From: an uncultured Clostridium sp.
GTDB lineage: Bacteria; Bacillota; Clostridia; TANB77; CAG-508
Reading direction: 5' to 3'
DNA: 64,000 bases
Assembly: GCA_947651825.1 (NCBI GenBank)
Contig: CANTAQ010000001.1
Coordinates: 414,249 to 478,248, forward strand
Shown in pieces: positions 19,261-29,701 of the stretch (position 1 is the first letter of the stretch; every line of letters starts with the position of its first letter). The notes below the pieces were generated by a model. That model saw nothing but the letters and a program-made list of their open reading frames with translations, searched no databases and was not told where the DNA came from. A program made the position numbers and the translations under genes.

Positions 19261-19295
19261 ATACCCTATATGGTATTTTGTAAATATGGGGGTAT
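19261..19295. promoter_or_regulatory. candidate CsoR operator ATACCC...GGGGGTAT
   Basis: GC-rich inverted repeat in an AT-rich promoter region immediately upstream of csoR. It resembles the B. subtilis copZA operator. Confidence 0.5.
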
Positions 19296-19369
19296 ACTTA
19301 AAATTTTGTTGAAATTAATAAGTTTTTTAAATACTATAATAAAAAGATTACACTATTTAAAATGTAACC

Positions 19370-19666
19370 TCATATATTTTCGTAATGTGACCATACACTA
19401 ATTATTTTTATAGTTTTTTCAGTTTCATATACTTGATAAATCAATCTATGTTTTATGTTTATTCTTCTTGAATACGCTCCTTCTAAATCTCCTACTAATT
19501 TTTCATAAGGTGGTGGATTTTGAAATGGATTTTTCTTTATTACTTCAATTAAATTTTTTACTTTTGTATCTAATTTAGCAGATTTTATTTTTGGAATGTC
19601 TTTTATAACTTGCTTTCTATATACAATTTTATACATATTACCATTCCACCTCATCTTCTGCAACAC
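19370..19666 (-). CDS. yoeB: YoeB/Txe family toxin
   Basis: C-terminal motif IISVWSHYE. Overlaps the antitoxin gene. Confidence 0.75.
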   Translation of the reverse strand: MLQKMRWNGNMYKIVYRKQVIKDIPKIKSAKLDTKVKNLIEVIKKNPFQNPPPYEKLVGDLEGAYSRRINIKHRLIYQVYETEKTIKIISVWSHYENI

Positions 19667-19886
19667 AATCTGCTAATGGTTCTTTTAAACCTTTCATCAC
19701 ATCTTCTTTTAATCCTGGTATAGATGAAATGTATAATGTTTCCATCAAGTTGTTATAATCTTCTTCTGATAATACAATTGCATTTCCATTTTTTGTTGAA
19801 ATATTAATAGGTTCGTTATATTTTATAGTTTGTTCTAATAATTCATATATGTCTTTTCTAAAGTTTGTAATATTTGTGTTCTTCAT
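19638..19886 (-). CDS. yefM: YefM/Phd family antitoxin
   Basis: Phd/YefM-like N-terminus. Overlaps the toxin gene by 29 nt. Confidence 0.7.
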   Translation of the reverse strand: MKNTNITNFRKDIYELLEQTIKYNEPINISTKNGNAIVLSEEDYNNLMETLYISSIPGLKEDVMKGLKEPLADCVAEDEVEW

Positions 19887-20006
19887 TATTTCGCACCTCC
19901 TATATATGTATTATTATAGCATACGTTTTTACGTACGTCAATACTGTTTTTGTTCTTTTTTACCCTATACTAATTTAAAATTGCTATTCATAATTTTATT
20001 CTATAA

Positions 20007-20093
20007 AAATCCGCTCCATCTTGCTGGATGTTCATTTTTAAATTTTTAATACAATTGTTTAAAAATTTAAAAATGAACATCCACATGGAGCTA
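20007..20093 (+). repeat. compound palindromic repeat element, copy 1
   Basis: ATCCGCTCCATCTTGCTGGATGTTCA...TGAACATCCACATGGAGCTAC with an inner palindromic stem. Confidence 0.8.
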
Positions 20094-20187
20094 CTCAAAT
20101 ATCGAGTAATAAGCAAACAATTTAATCGTAAATCTACTCATAAAAAACATGAAAATCTCAAAAATATTTGAGATTTTCACATTAATT

Positions 20188-21414
20188 CTAATTACTTTTT
20201 TCTACTAATAAGTCCTCATGTGCTATAGGATTTTCGCTGTATTCTATTTCAATTGCTCCTCCTATTGTGTCCAGTTCTTTTAATTTTTTTAACTCATTTT
20301 CATCTTTTGTTGTTACTGTAACTTTTATGTTATTTGTATCTTCCATTAAACCAGATGTTGTTACAAATGTTAATTCTTTGCTTTGCATTTTTTTACTTAT
20401 TTTTTCTTGTAATTGACTCAAATATTCATATGAATATTTTGCTTCTTTAAATATTGTATTGCTCTCTGTTATTTCTAATTCTTTACAAATGTCTGCTCTA
20501 TTTTCTGATGTGTCTTTGCAAAGTAATACTACATTTCTTCCTGAATTATCAACATATTTTCCTGCATAATAGTCTTTACTATTTAAAATTTCTTTTGGTT
20601 GTTCTGTGCTTCCTACATCTTCATCTTTAACTGGTCCTTTTTGCTTTGCTTCTCCTATTATTGATTCTAATAATTCTACTAGTTCATTTTCTGTTACATC
20701 ATTTGTTTCTATATCAAAAAATATATCATTATATTTAAATCCAGCCATATACATTTTAAATTCTTGTGAATGATATATTGACATTTCTACTCCAGCTATT
20801 GTAGATTTTGTATCATTTTCTGATATTCCATAATCTCTTAAAGGTTCTCCTATTTTTGAAAATGATATTCTTATACTATTTCCTATCTCATCGTCACTAT
20901 TTTTGCTATACTCAAATACGTAATCATGTAATTTATCATATTTAGCTATATTTCTGTTACTTATAACATATATATTATAACTGTCTTCTAATTTATATCC
21001 CTCTGGCACTTTTATGCTTTTTATAAAATTAATTTCTTCTGGCAATTCTGTCATTTCTATTGTTTGAATATCTGCATCAAGTTTTGTAAGTCCCATCCCA
21101 TCTTCATCTATTTCGTTTATCTTTAATTCTGTTTTTAATTTTTCTACTCTTAAATCTTCTAATCCTTGCTGTTTATCTTGTTTAGCTGCAATATTTTGCT
21201 TTTCTTTTTCTCCTATTTTTATTTTGCTTCCAGCAATTACTACCATACAAATCATAAACATTGCAGCTGTTGATAGTACAGTATAAAATATCTTTTTGTT
21301 TTTAATCTTTTTCATATTTATCTCCTCCTTTATGGCCGATATAGCTATATTCTCTATTACAGTCTTTTGTATTTTATCTTTTAATTCTTTATTTTCCATA
21401 ACCATAACCTCCAT
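20188..21414 (-). CDS. anti-sigma-factor-like single-pass membrane protein with extracellular domain
   Basis: Overlaps the sigma gene by 26 nt. TM helix after ~40 aa. Its N-terminus is paralogous to the 30539 gene. Confidence 0.55.
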   Translation of the reverse strand: MEVMVMENKELKDKIQKTVIENIAISAIKEEINMKKIKNKKIFYTVLSTAAMFMICMVVIAGSKIKIGEKEKQNIAAKQDKQQGLEDLRVEKLKTELKINEIDEDGMGLTKLDADIQTIEMTELPEEINFIKSIKVPEGYKLEDSYNIYVISNRNIAKYDKLHDYVFEYSKNSDDEIGNSIRISFSKIGEPLRDYGISENDTKSTIAGVEMSIYHSQEFKMYMAGFKYNDIFFDIETNDVTENELVELLESIIGEAKQKGPVKDEDVGSTEQPKEILNSKDYYAGKYVDNSGRNVVLLCKDTSENRADICKELEITESNTIFKEAKYSYEYLSQLQEKISKKMQSKELTFVTTSGLMEDTNNIKVTVTTKDENELKKLKELDTIGGAIEIEYSENPIAHEDLLVEKSN

Positions 21415-21943
21415 TCTCTAGATTTCTTTTTATTTGTTTTCTTACTCTATGCAATATTACTTTTACTTTGCTCTCTGAAACTGATAGTTTGCTAGCTATT
21501 TCTTTTATCTTTAGAGCTTCATAGTAAAACATCATAAATATTTCATATTCTTCCTTTTTCATTTTTTTTAATGTGTTTCTAATGATTTCGTTTTGTTCAT
21601 TTTCTTCAGTTATTTTTTGCAAACTAGTTATGTATATTATCTTTTCTTCATAGTCCACTATAGAAAAATCCGTATTAGTAGTCCTATATTTATTCCTAAT
21701 AATATTCTTGGCTGTACCCGCTAAATATGGCTTAATATAAACATCTTCCTCCAATTTTCTACTATTTTTCCATATTGCAAAAAATGTGTCTGAAATTATT
21801 TCTTCCATATCTTCATTAGATATACTAATACTTTTTAGGTTTTTTACTATTGTATACACATAACCATAATATTCATTTATAAGCTTTTCTATATTGATAT
21901 TACTACTATCAATATAATCCTTTATTCTTTCTTTATTCTCCAA
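21389..21943 (-). CDS. sigma-70 family (ECF-like) RNA polymerase sigma factor
   Basis: Region 2 and region 4 HTH (IKEIASKLSVSESKVKVILHRVRKQ). TTG start. It is a paralog of 30981-31556. Confidence 0.75.
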   Translation of the reverse strand: MENKERIKDYIDSSNINIEKLINEYYGYVYTIVKNLKSISISNEDMEEIISDTFFAIWKNSRKLEEDVYIKPYLAGTAKNIIRNKYRTTNTDFSIVDYEEKIIYITSLQKITEENEQNEIIRNTLKKMKKEEYEIFMMFYYEALKIKEIASKLSVSESKVKVILHRVRKQIKRNLENGGYGYGK

Positions 21944-22004
21944 TTTAGATCTAAATCTCCTTATTATACTATTTACTCTATTATGTTATACTCTGTAGCT
22001 CCAC

Positions 22005-22080
22005 GTGGATGTTTTGTTTTTCGAGGCGTGCTTTAGTCGAGCCTGAAAAACAAAATCATCCTGCAAGATGGAGCGGATTT
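22005..22080 (-). repeat. compound palindromic repeat element, copy 2 (inverted)
   Basis: Same conserved termini. The inner stem differs but is self-complementary. Confidence 0.8.
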
Positions 22081-22213
22081 ATAAGCATGTAATTTCTAGT
22101 TTAAGATATCTTTCATATACATAGTAACATTTTTTCAAAAAAAGTTACAGAAAATAAAAAAATATAAAGATTAGTCTTACTCTAATCTCTATATTTTTTA
22201 ATTTTATATTAAT

Positions 22214-22768
22214 TTATTGTTCTCCTTCTATGGTTCTATTATACATCATATAATTATAACTTATAAGTCCTTGCCATACTTTGCTTGTAACTAATGAATA
22301 TACACCATTTTCTTCTTTTATAAAAAATATATCTTTTGCTTCTACACTACTTCCATCTATGCTAAGTTTATAATCAACTACATATTGTTCATAATCTTTG
22401 TATGTATCTACAAAACTTTCATAAGTTCCATATTCCTCTGCTATATTTCTAATATCTTCTTCTGTTGCTCTTTTTATATTATTTATTTCATAAAAATCAA
22501 TATTAATTCCAAATAAAATTGTTTCTAACTGCTCTTTATCTATATCAGTTCTCGCAATTTTATCATATTCATCTATGTCTATTAAATCTACTACTTTTCC
22601 TATTTCTTTGTTGTTTATATATTTTGCAAAGTCATCAATTATATTAATTTTTTCTGTTTTTATATTTGTGTCATTCTCTGGATTTTTCTTTCCACAACCA
22701 GTCATTCCAATTAAGAATATTGCTCCTAATAGTATAATACTAAATATGTTTAACATTTTTTTATTCAT
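22214..22768 (-). CDS. lipoprotein, hypothetical
   Basis: Lipobox LIGMTGC. The start was set at MNKKML after GGAGG. Confidence 0.6.
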   Translation of the reverse strand: MNKKMLNIFSIILLGAIFLIGMTGCGKKNPENDTNIKTEKINIIDDFAKYINNKEIGKVVDLIDIDEYDKIARTDIDKEQLETILFGINIDFYEINNIKRATEEDIRNIAEEYGTYESFVDTYKDYEQYVVDYKLSIDGSSVEAKDIFFIKEENGVYSLVTSKVWQGLISYNYMMYNRTIEGEQ

Positions 22769-22916
22769 ATTTTTTCCTCCGTTTTTCTTTGAATTATAAC
22801 ACAAATATAAAGGGCTGGTCAATACCAGCCAAATCATTATTTTTATTATTTATATTACAACTTATCTGCTATAATAGCAATTATGTTTATTTTTAATTTG
22901 AATCTACTTGAATTTA

Positions 22917-24539
22917 TTACACATTGTTTTTTTCTTGTGGATTTCTACTATTTTGTTCTTTCATTGGCATATCATCTGGTTTTCCTTGTATTCCAAATTG
23001 AGTCTGTTGTTCTCCATTGTTCTCCATTTTTCTATTATAAATTTGATATATTGTTTCTAATGAAATCATAGTGCCTAATACCATTCCTATTATTAATATT
23101 ATTAAATTTCCTTTTATATTTACTTTCTTTAATTTCACTAACAATATAGTTAATATCACTAAAATAATTAGTACAGTTCCCAATGATAGCATAATGTAAA
23201 AGTGTAATTCACTTCTGTCTTCTTTTTGGTTATCTATTTCAATTGGTTTGAAATCTCCCGCTTTCATCATATTTGAAGCATCTCTATATTCTCTTATGTT
23301 TCCTGCTGTATATGAAGTTATATCAATATACAGTCCATTTTCATTCGTTCCTTCTATACTTCCACCTTCATATATATAATGTTCTCCATTTTGAAGTTTT
23401 GGACTACTTATTGTAAGTATTGTATATGCTCGGTTTGATTTGAATGCAATTATTGGATTCTTGCTCTCATTCAAAATCGTTAATAGTGTATCTTTTGCTA
23501 TTTTATTATCAAATTGCACTTGCATAAAAGTTTGTTCAGATGCTGTACTTACTTCATCTGCCATATTTCCTGTCCCTACTACATATCCACCATTTATATA
23601 TATTCCTGTGTCTGAATCTAAACCACTATCCTGACTCTTCTCACTTGCAAAAGCAAAAACTTTTCCGCCATTTATATATATTGACCCATTAGAATCTATT
23701 CCATCTCCTTCTTCTGCTTCAGGCAATACATTAACTAAAATAGTTCCATCATTTATTGTTATAACACTTTCTTCATCTGTGCATGCATTTATTCCATCAT
23801 CTAATGCATTTATTATATAATTTCCACTATTAATTGTAATATGCTTTTTGCTTTCAATTCCTTCTTTTGCAAGTGCATTTACTGTTAATGTTCCATTTCC
23901 TTCAAATTTCAAAGATACATCTGAGCTTATTGCTCCATCATATTTATATCTTTCATAATAATTTCCGTCATCATCATGTCCTTTATCTACATAATATAAA
24001 AGATTTGATTGATCTTCCCATCCTTCTACACTTTGTTTTATTTTTCCTCCTGCTATAATATTTGTACTTCCATCTGCTACTTTTATTGTTACTGTATAGT
24101 TTGCTGAATCTAGTTTTGAATTATAAACAAAAATTGCTGGTGCATTTTTACAAGTTATATTTACATTATTTAAAATGATTGTTACATTTCCAGCAAGTTT
24201 ATTTGCATCTATTGCAATTTGTCCATCTGTTAGGGTCCCTGTAAATTCATATGTTCCACTATTTTTTATATTTACTACATTAGTGATTTGTATATTTGCA
24301 TTCATAGCATTTTCACTAGTTCCACCATTTGACATACCATTACTTAAGTACATATTATTTGTATCCACTGTAGAAATAGCTTCATTATTTACTAAAATCC
24401 CCTCATCTGATAAAATAATTTGTTGAACACTCTCTTCTTGTATTTGCTTAACTGGTGCTTGTTCAGCATATGTAAAATATAAATTAAATGCCAATATCAT
24501 TATAATAAAAATTGCTATAATACCTTTTCTCTCTTTCAT
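22917..24539 (-). CDS. surface/secreted protein with parallel beta-helix-like repeats and C-terminal TM anchor
   Basis: Signal peptide, Gly/Asn-rich repeated ING/INGG segments, and two C-terminal TM helices. Confidence 0.5.
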   Translation of the reverse strand: MKERKGIIAIFIIMILAFNLYFTYAEQAPVKQIQEESVQQIILSDEGILVNNEAISTVDTNNMYLSNGMSNGGTSENAMNANIQITNVVNIKNSGTYEFTGTLTDGQIAIDANKLAGNVTIILNNVNITCKNAPAIFVYNSKLDSANYTVTIKVADGSTNIIAGGKIKQSVEGWEDQSNLLYYVDKGHDDDGNYYERYKYDGAISSDVSLKFEGNGTLTVNALAKEGIESKKHITINSGNYIINALDDGINACTDEESVITINDGTILVNVLPEAEEGDGIDSNGSIYINGGKVFAFASEKSQDSGLDSDTGIYINGGYVVGTGNMADEVSTASEQTFMQVQFDNKIAKDTLLTILNESKNPIIAFKSNRAYTILTISSPKLQNGEHYIYEGGSIEGTNENGLYIDITSYTAGNIREYRDASNMMKAGDFKPIEIDNQKEDRSELHFYIMLSLGTVLIILVILTILLVKLKKVNIKGNLIILIIGMVLGTMISLETIYQIYNRKMENNGEQQTQFGIQGKPDDMPMKEQNSRNPQEKNNV

Positions 24540-24602
24540 TTGATTTTCTCCTTTCTCATTTTAAATACTTTACAATAAGATTATTAAATATTGCTTAAAT
24601 TT

Positions 24603-26186
24603 CTATTTTGAAACTAAATATAAATTGCTTTCTACTTTTAATTCTTCTTTATTACAATCAGTCAAATAAAGTGTTGTTATATTTTTGAAATCTGTTTCTC
24701 TTCTTATTCTTTCTAATATTTCTTCATTATTCAAATAACTTTTGATACATAGAATATATGATTCTTCGTTATTTAAGCTATTATCATTAATTACATAAGA
24801 TACTTCATCATTTCTAGTTTCATTTACAATTAGTGTGCGTTTATACGTTAACATCTCTGGAATACTTTGCATATGATTAAAGAAATTATCATATATATAT
24901 ACAAATGATTTATCTTTGTTTTCCTCTGCAACTTTCATTATTTGCTTATAGTCTTCATATAAAAATTTAGGCTTCGAAATTAGCATTCCCAATATTACTA
25001 ACACCATTGATAATCCAATAAAGAAAACTTCCTTGTATTTTACATCTATTAATATATCTAACATTATATAAAGGTTAAGTACTATTACTGGTATTACTGG
25101 CATTATGTATCTTAATTCTGGAAAAGGTGTTACTTTTGCAGTTATAACAAAAAATATTAATGTTGGTAAACTTCCAAGCATTAGAATAAATCTTTCATTT
25201 TTTCTCTCATGTAATTTTGTTATTCGTAAGCATACTAACACTAATACTATGTATAATATCAAAATTCCTGTTTGAATTGAGAAAATATACTCTAATTGAT
25301 TAATATAGCCTAAAAAGTTTTCAAAATAACTGATTTTTCCAAAATTTATTATCCCTTTACCTGAAAATAATAAGTGGTATATGCAAGACGGAAATAATAT
25401 AATTCCTAATAATGCATATACAAAATGTACATTAATGTATTTCTTCATTAGGTCTCTTTTCTTATTCTTATGCATTTTTACTATCATTACAAAAAATATT
25501 CCAAGTGCATATGTAGCAAAGAAATATTGTGTTAAAAATCCGCCTATTGTTATAAGTCCTAATTTCATTATATCAATTCTTGTCATTTCAAAGTTATTTT
25601 TGTATATTTTTATGTTATAGTAAAAATATAGTAATACAAATAGTGTTAATAGCATGTACATTCTTTGATATATAACCATTGATATTGTTCCCATGCACAT
25701 TCCATATAGTATTAATGTTGGAATTGTCACATTTTCTTTATCAATCGCTTTTAAAATTTTCTTTATTACAAAACAACTTAAAATAAAAGCACTTATGTTT
25801 ACAACAAATACTGAATATATTGAAAATCTTCCACCAAATAACATAGTTGAAAAATGCACTAACATATAAAATATTGGTGGATGATTATCCTTTGCTTGGT
25901 TTAAATATACAGATGTCAAATTCAAATAATTATCTTTTGATAGTGTAAAATAATCTGTTACATATTCCCTACTTTTCCATATGGGCGGATCCATAGTTTT
26001 TTCATCAGTTCCTTCATATGCATACATTAATCCATTTACTGGGTTTACTGCTGATGATAGCGTAAAACCTTCATCTTCATGAATCCCCTCTTTTTTAGTT
26101 TGATAAAAAATCATTACTCCACATATTAGTAGTATTATTAATATAATTATAATGTTCTGTTTACTTGTCCTGTCTTTTAATTTCAT
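24603..26186 (-). CDS. GT-C fold membrane glycosyltransferase (GT39/PMT/ArnT-like)
   Basis: HEDEGF DE-loop motif after TM1. 10+ TM helices and a soluble C-terminal domain. Confidence 0.45.
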   Translation of the reverse strand: MKLKDRTSKQNIIIILIILLICGVMIFYQTKKEGIHEDEGFTLSSAVNPVNGLMYAYEGTDEKTMDPPIWKSREYVTDYFTLSKDNYLNLTSVYLNQAKDNHPPIFYMLVHFSTMLFGGRFSIYSVFVVNISAFILSCFVIKKILKAIDKENVTIPTLILYGMCMGTISMVIYQRMYMLLTLFVLLYFYYNIKIYKNNFEMTRIDIMKLGLITIGGFLTQYFFATYALGIFFVMIVKMHKNKKRDLMKKYINVHFVYALLGIILFPSCIYHLLFSGKGIINFGKISYFENFLGYINQLEYIFSIQTGILILYIVLVLVCLRITKLHERKNERFILMLGSLPTLIFFVITAKVTPFPELRYIMPVIPVIVLNLYIMLDILIDVKYKEVFFIGLSMVLVILGMLISKPKFLYEDYKQIMKVAEENKDKSFVYIYDNFFNHMQSIPEMLTYKRTLIVNETRNDEVSYVINDNSLNNEESYILCIKSYLNNEEILERIRRETDFKNITTLYLTDCNKEELKVESNLYLVSK

Positions 26187-26297
26187 TTTTTTGCTCCTTA
26201 TAATTCGATAGATATTATATCACACTTTTTTAAATAGTTGTTATTTTTTTGGAAAATTATAACAAAAGTATTGTTGTTCTTAAATAAAGTCATTTAC

Positions 26298-27203
26298 CTA
26301 ATTATTTTTTATTTGTACATCTTGCCAATGTTCTGTATTTATTTGTATCTCTGAATTTCTTCCATAAAAAACTTTTTTTGCTTCATTGTCTTCATTTAAT
26401 GTAGCTAGAAACCATGCCACCATATACCCCTTTCCTTCTTTTAACACTTCTCTATGGTCTACACCTTTTTTTCTTCCCATGACTGTTAATTTCCTACTTT
26501 TTATATCATTATATGCATTTTCCAAAGAATCTAGTGGTGCTATTAACCCTGCATCTATATCTCCTGTTCCTGCGCTCATAAAATATGGAATATTTATTTG
26601 ATTAGTATCATATTCCCAACCCAACATACTTGATACTTCTATAGATGCACAACTTGCTGTATATATTGATTTAAAATAATTACTATTTTCATAATTACAT
26701 ACGGCGTTTATAGCTCCTACTCCGCCTTGAGAATGTCCACTAACACCTATTTTGTTTGTATCTATTTTATTATATAAAATACTATCTTTGTTATTGTTTA
26801 TTTGTAAAATATGTTCTAAACTTAAAAATGTTGATTCTCCTGTCCATGAATTTTTATCTTCATTTCCAATTACAATAAATCCCCAGCTTGCTAAATGTTT
26901 AAATACATCTTTATGTGTCTCTGCTGTTGCTCCTGTACCATTTGCTATTACTATTACGGGATACCTCTTGTCTTCCATCTTCATTGGATACCATATTGAA
27001 TATTTTCCAGTTTTTAAATTACTACTTTCATGTTCAATATAACCCACATCATAACTTCCTTCTTTACTATATTTAAATTCTAGTTCATCTCTTATAGTAA
27101 TTACTTCTTTGGGTTTAGTATTCTTTAAACTTATTAATGTTACAAATACTAATAAAATAACTATTAATATTACTGCTAATATTACTAATTTTCTATTTTT
27201 CAT
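26298..27203 (-). CDS. alpha/beta hydrolase (esterase/lipase-type)
   Basis: GHSQGG nucleophile elbow and an N-terminal signal anchor. Start taken at MKNRKL. Confidence 0.65.
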   Translation of the reverse strand: MKNRKLVILAVILIVILLVFVTLISLKNTKPKEVITIRDELEFKYSKEGSYDVGYIEHESSNLKTGKYSIWYPMKMEDKRYPVIVIANGTGATAETHKDVFKHLASWGFIVIGNEDKNSWTGESTFLSLEHILQINNNKDSILYNKIDTNKIGVSGHSQGGVGAINAVCNYENSNYFKSIYTASCASIEVSSMLGWEYDTNQINIPYFMSAGTGDIDAGLIAPLDSLENAYNDIKSRKLTVMGRKKGVDHREVLKEGKGYMVAWFLATLNEDNEAKKVFYGRNSEIQINTEHWQDVQIKNN

Positions 27204-27323
27204 TGTGCCTCCTTTATACATCTTATGCCTTTTACATAGTATTATTAATATTAGCATAAGTAAACTTCATGTTCAATTATTTTTATATAAATAATAAAGA
27301 GTAGTTTAACCTACTCTTTATTA

Positions 27324-28823
27324 CTATTGTCTTGTCTTTAAATCCAATATTTCTTGTTTTAAATTTTCTATTTCTTGTTCTTTTTTCTGTATAGTTTCTT
27401 TTAAATCTCCTATTTCATTTTCTAATATTTCCCTTTGTTGAGTTTCATAAGCTTTCTTTCTATTTGCTATGAGCTTTTCAATATTTCCTTTTGATGTGTA
27501 CACATATACAGTTGGAATATAATTTCTTATTTCTTTGTTATTTATATCATTTATAATATCTCTTATTTGCTGTATAATATCTTCATTCTTTGTTATATAT
27601 TTAACATCTATAATTTCATTCTCTTTACTTATATATACATCTAAATATTTAGGATGTATTACCTCAATTTTTATATTTTCTGAATCAGTTTCTATATATT
27701 CTATATTATTCCAATAGTTTATTGATAATTTGTCAGACATTTGAACATCAAAAACAGTTTTCTCTGCATTTTCAATAGTATTTATATAATTAAATTCTGT
27801 CATCCCAAACCAAAACGTTCCTAATCCAAGTCCAGCTAGTACTAATGATATTATAAGAATAATTGCTATTTTATTCTTTTTAGATTTCTTGCTTATAATA
27901 AAATTATAAAGTACCTCTAAAACTACAAAATTTATTAATATTCCTGCTACAATTCCCATTACTGTTCCTGCAAAGACTAATCCTGTCTTTACAAATAAAA
28001 AACTTAAAACAAGTAAAGCTACCAATGAAATAAAAGTAAACACAAATCCAATTGCAACAAATGCAATCATAAATTTTATACACCATAGAATTGTTTTCAT
28101 AATTCCACTTAAAAATTTAGATTCAGAATGTTTTGGATCTCTTATTATAACTTTTTCTTTTTTCTTTTCAGTAAATATTTTATTCTTATCTTCCATTACA
28201 TTTTCATTTGTCATTTGTTCTTTATCTTCATTTATCACATCTAATTCACTATTATCTTCTTTTATTATTTCATAATAATCTAGATATCTAACTTTAAAAA
28301 CATGCAATAAAACTGCAATTCCTACAATCAGTGCAAATATATTATAAAGTGAGCAAATTGTCTTAACTATAGATATTATTGTTTTTCCTAATCCAACTTC
28401 CACTATTATTTGTTCTAAAGATAAGGCCTGATAGACCATTCCCCCTATTATTGCAAATATTGCTGCTAAGGATATTCCTACAATACATTGCTCTGCTAAA
28501 CATTTCATTCTTTGTTTCATCGTCATACTACTTAGCATATCAACCGTTTTAGTTATAAATGCGAAAAAATCTTCTACATACTTATTAAAATTATTTTTAG
28601 ATTCCTTATTTTCATCTACCTCTTTTACATTTTCATTCATAAGTTCATCAATATTATAGTTGAATAATTTACATATTAATAAGACTTTATCCATCTCTGG
28701 ATAACTTTGTTCTGATTCCCACTTTGAAACTGCCTGTCTTGATACTCCTAATTTTTCTGCAAGCTGCTCTTGTGATAAATTATTTTCTTTTCTAATTCTT
28801 TTTAAGTTATCTGATAATTTCAT
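27324..28823 (-). CDS. XRE-family HTH regulator fused to multi-TM domain and C-terminal coiled coil
   Basis: HTH_3 LSQEQLAEKLGVSRQAVSKWE. TM helices. Coiled-coil tail. Confidence 0.7.
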   Translation of the reverse strand: MKLSDNLKRIRKENNLSQEQLAEKLGVSRQAVSKWESEQSYPEMDKVLLICKLFNYNIDELMNENVKEVDENKESKNNFNKYVEDFFAFITKTVDMLSSMTMKQRMKCLAEQCIVGISLAAIFAIIGGMVYQALSLEQIIVEVGLGKTIISIVKTICSLYNIFALIVGIAVLLHVFKVRYLDYYEIIKEDNSELDVINEDKEQMTNENVMEDKNKIFTEKKKEKVIIRDPKHSESKFLSGIMKTILWCIKFMIAFVAIGFVFTFISLVALLVLSFLFVKTGLVFAGTVMGIVAGILINFVVLEVLYNFIISKKSKKNKIAIILIISLVLAGLGLGTFWFGMTEFNYINTIENAEKTVFDVQMSDKLSINYWNNIEYIETDSENIKIEVIHPKYLDVYISKENEIIDVKYITKNEDIIQQIRDIINDINNKEIRNYIPTVYVYTSKGNIEKLIANRKKAYETQQREILENEIGDLKETIQKKEQEIENLKQEILDLKTRQ

Positions 28824-29091
28824 AACCTAATTTTCCTCCCTTCTTGCATAAAATTTTATCAATTCTACCAGTTGCATACTACCACTTTTAGGTTGTTTTT
28901 TGTCAATTTTAGGTTGCATTGCTACAATTCATAACCACTTTATTTAATTTTAGTATTTTACTTTCACTCCAATTAAATATAACAAATCTAATGCCTGAAA
29001 TTGATTTATTGTTGCCCCTTTTATATCTTCTATTGATATTGCTATTCCCTCAATTATGCTATCTGATAAGTCTATTCCCTTCAAACTTGTC

Positions 29092-29604
29092 TTAAAAAAT
29101 CTTGTTCCGTGTTAAGTCTGATTTTTTTAGTATTATATTTTTAAGCTTATTTTCTTGGAAATCACTACTTCTAAGTCCTGAATTTTCAAATATTGTATTT
29201 TCTATATTTGCCATTGATAGATTAGTGTAATTCATATTTGTTCCATTAAAAATAACATTATATAATCTACTATCAACAAAATTGCATCCTGTCATCTTAC
29301 AATTTATAAACTCACATCTAATAAATGCACAATTTTCAAATGAAGTATTTGAAAAATTACAATTTTCAAACTCAACATCTATAAAAGTATTTTTATCTAA
29401 ATTGCTTTCCATAATTTCAGTATTACTTACAATAGCCTTCTCTATTCTCATATCATTTAATTCAATATTTTCTTGTTTATAGTTTTCTATTTTTATATTC
29501 TCTAAATTATCATCTTCTTTTATTTCTTTTAATAAATCTACAATATTAGTTAAATCATTTTCTATTATTTTTTGTGGTCTTAATATGTTCACTTTTTCCT
29601 CCAT
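29092..29604 (-). CDS. pentapeptide-repeat protein
   Basis: Repeated A(D/N)LXX pentads. Confidence 0.6.
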   Translation of the reverse strand: MEEKVNILRPQKIIENDLTNIVDLLKEIKEDDNLENIKIENYKQENIELNDMRIEKAIVSNTEIMESNLDKNTFIDVEFENCNFSNTSFENCAFIRCEFINCKMTGCNFVDSRLYNVIFNGTNMNYTNLSMANIENTIFENSGLRSSDFQENKLKNIILKKSDLTRNKIF

Positions 29605-29701
29605 TTTTTGTTGTACATAATATCATATTAACATATATTTATCAATATCTTGTATCACTATGTCAAACTATATCATATTATGTATTGTGAGGTGATAGAT
29701 T

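Noticed and set aside
21389-21943. Calling the small sigma factors TcdR/UviA-group toxin regulators
   Set aside because: The size fits, but a translationally coupled membrane anti-sigma partner is characteristic of ECF-type modules. A search would be needed to assign the group.
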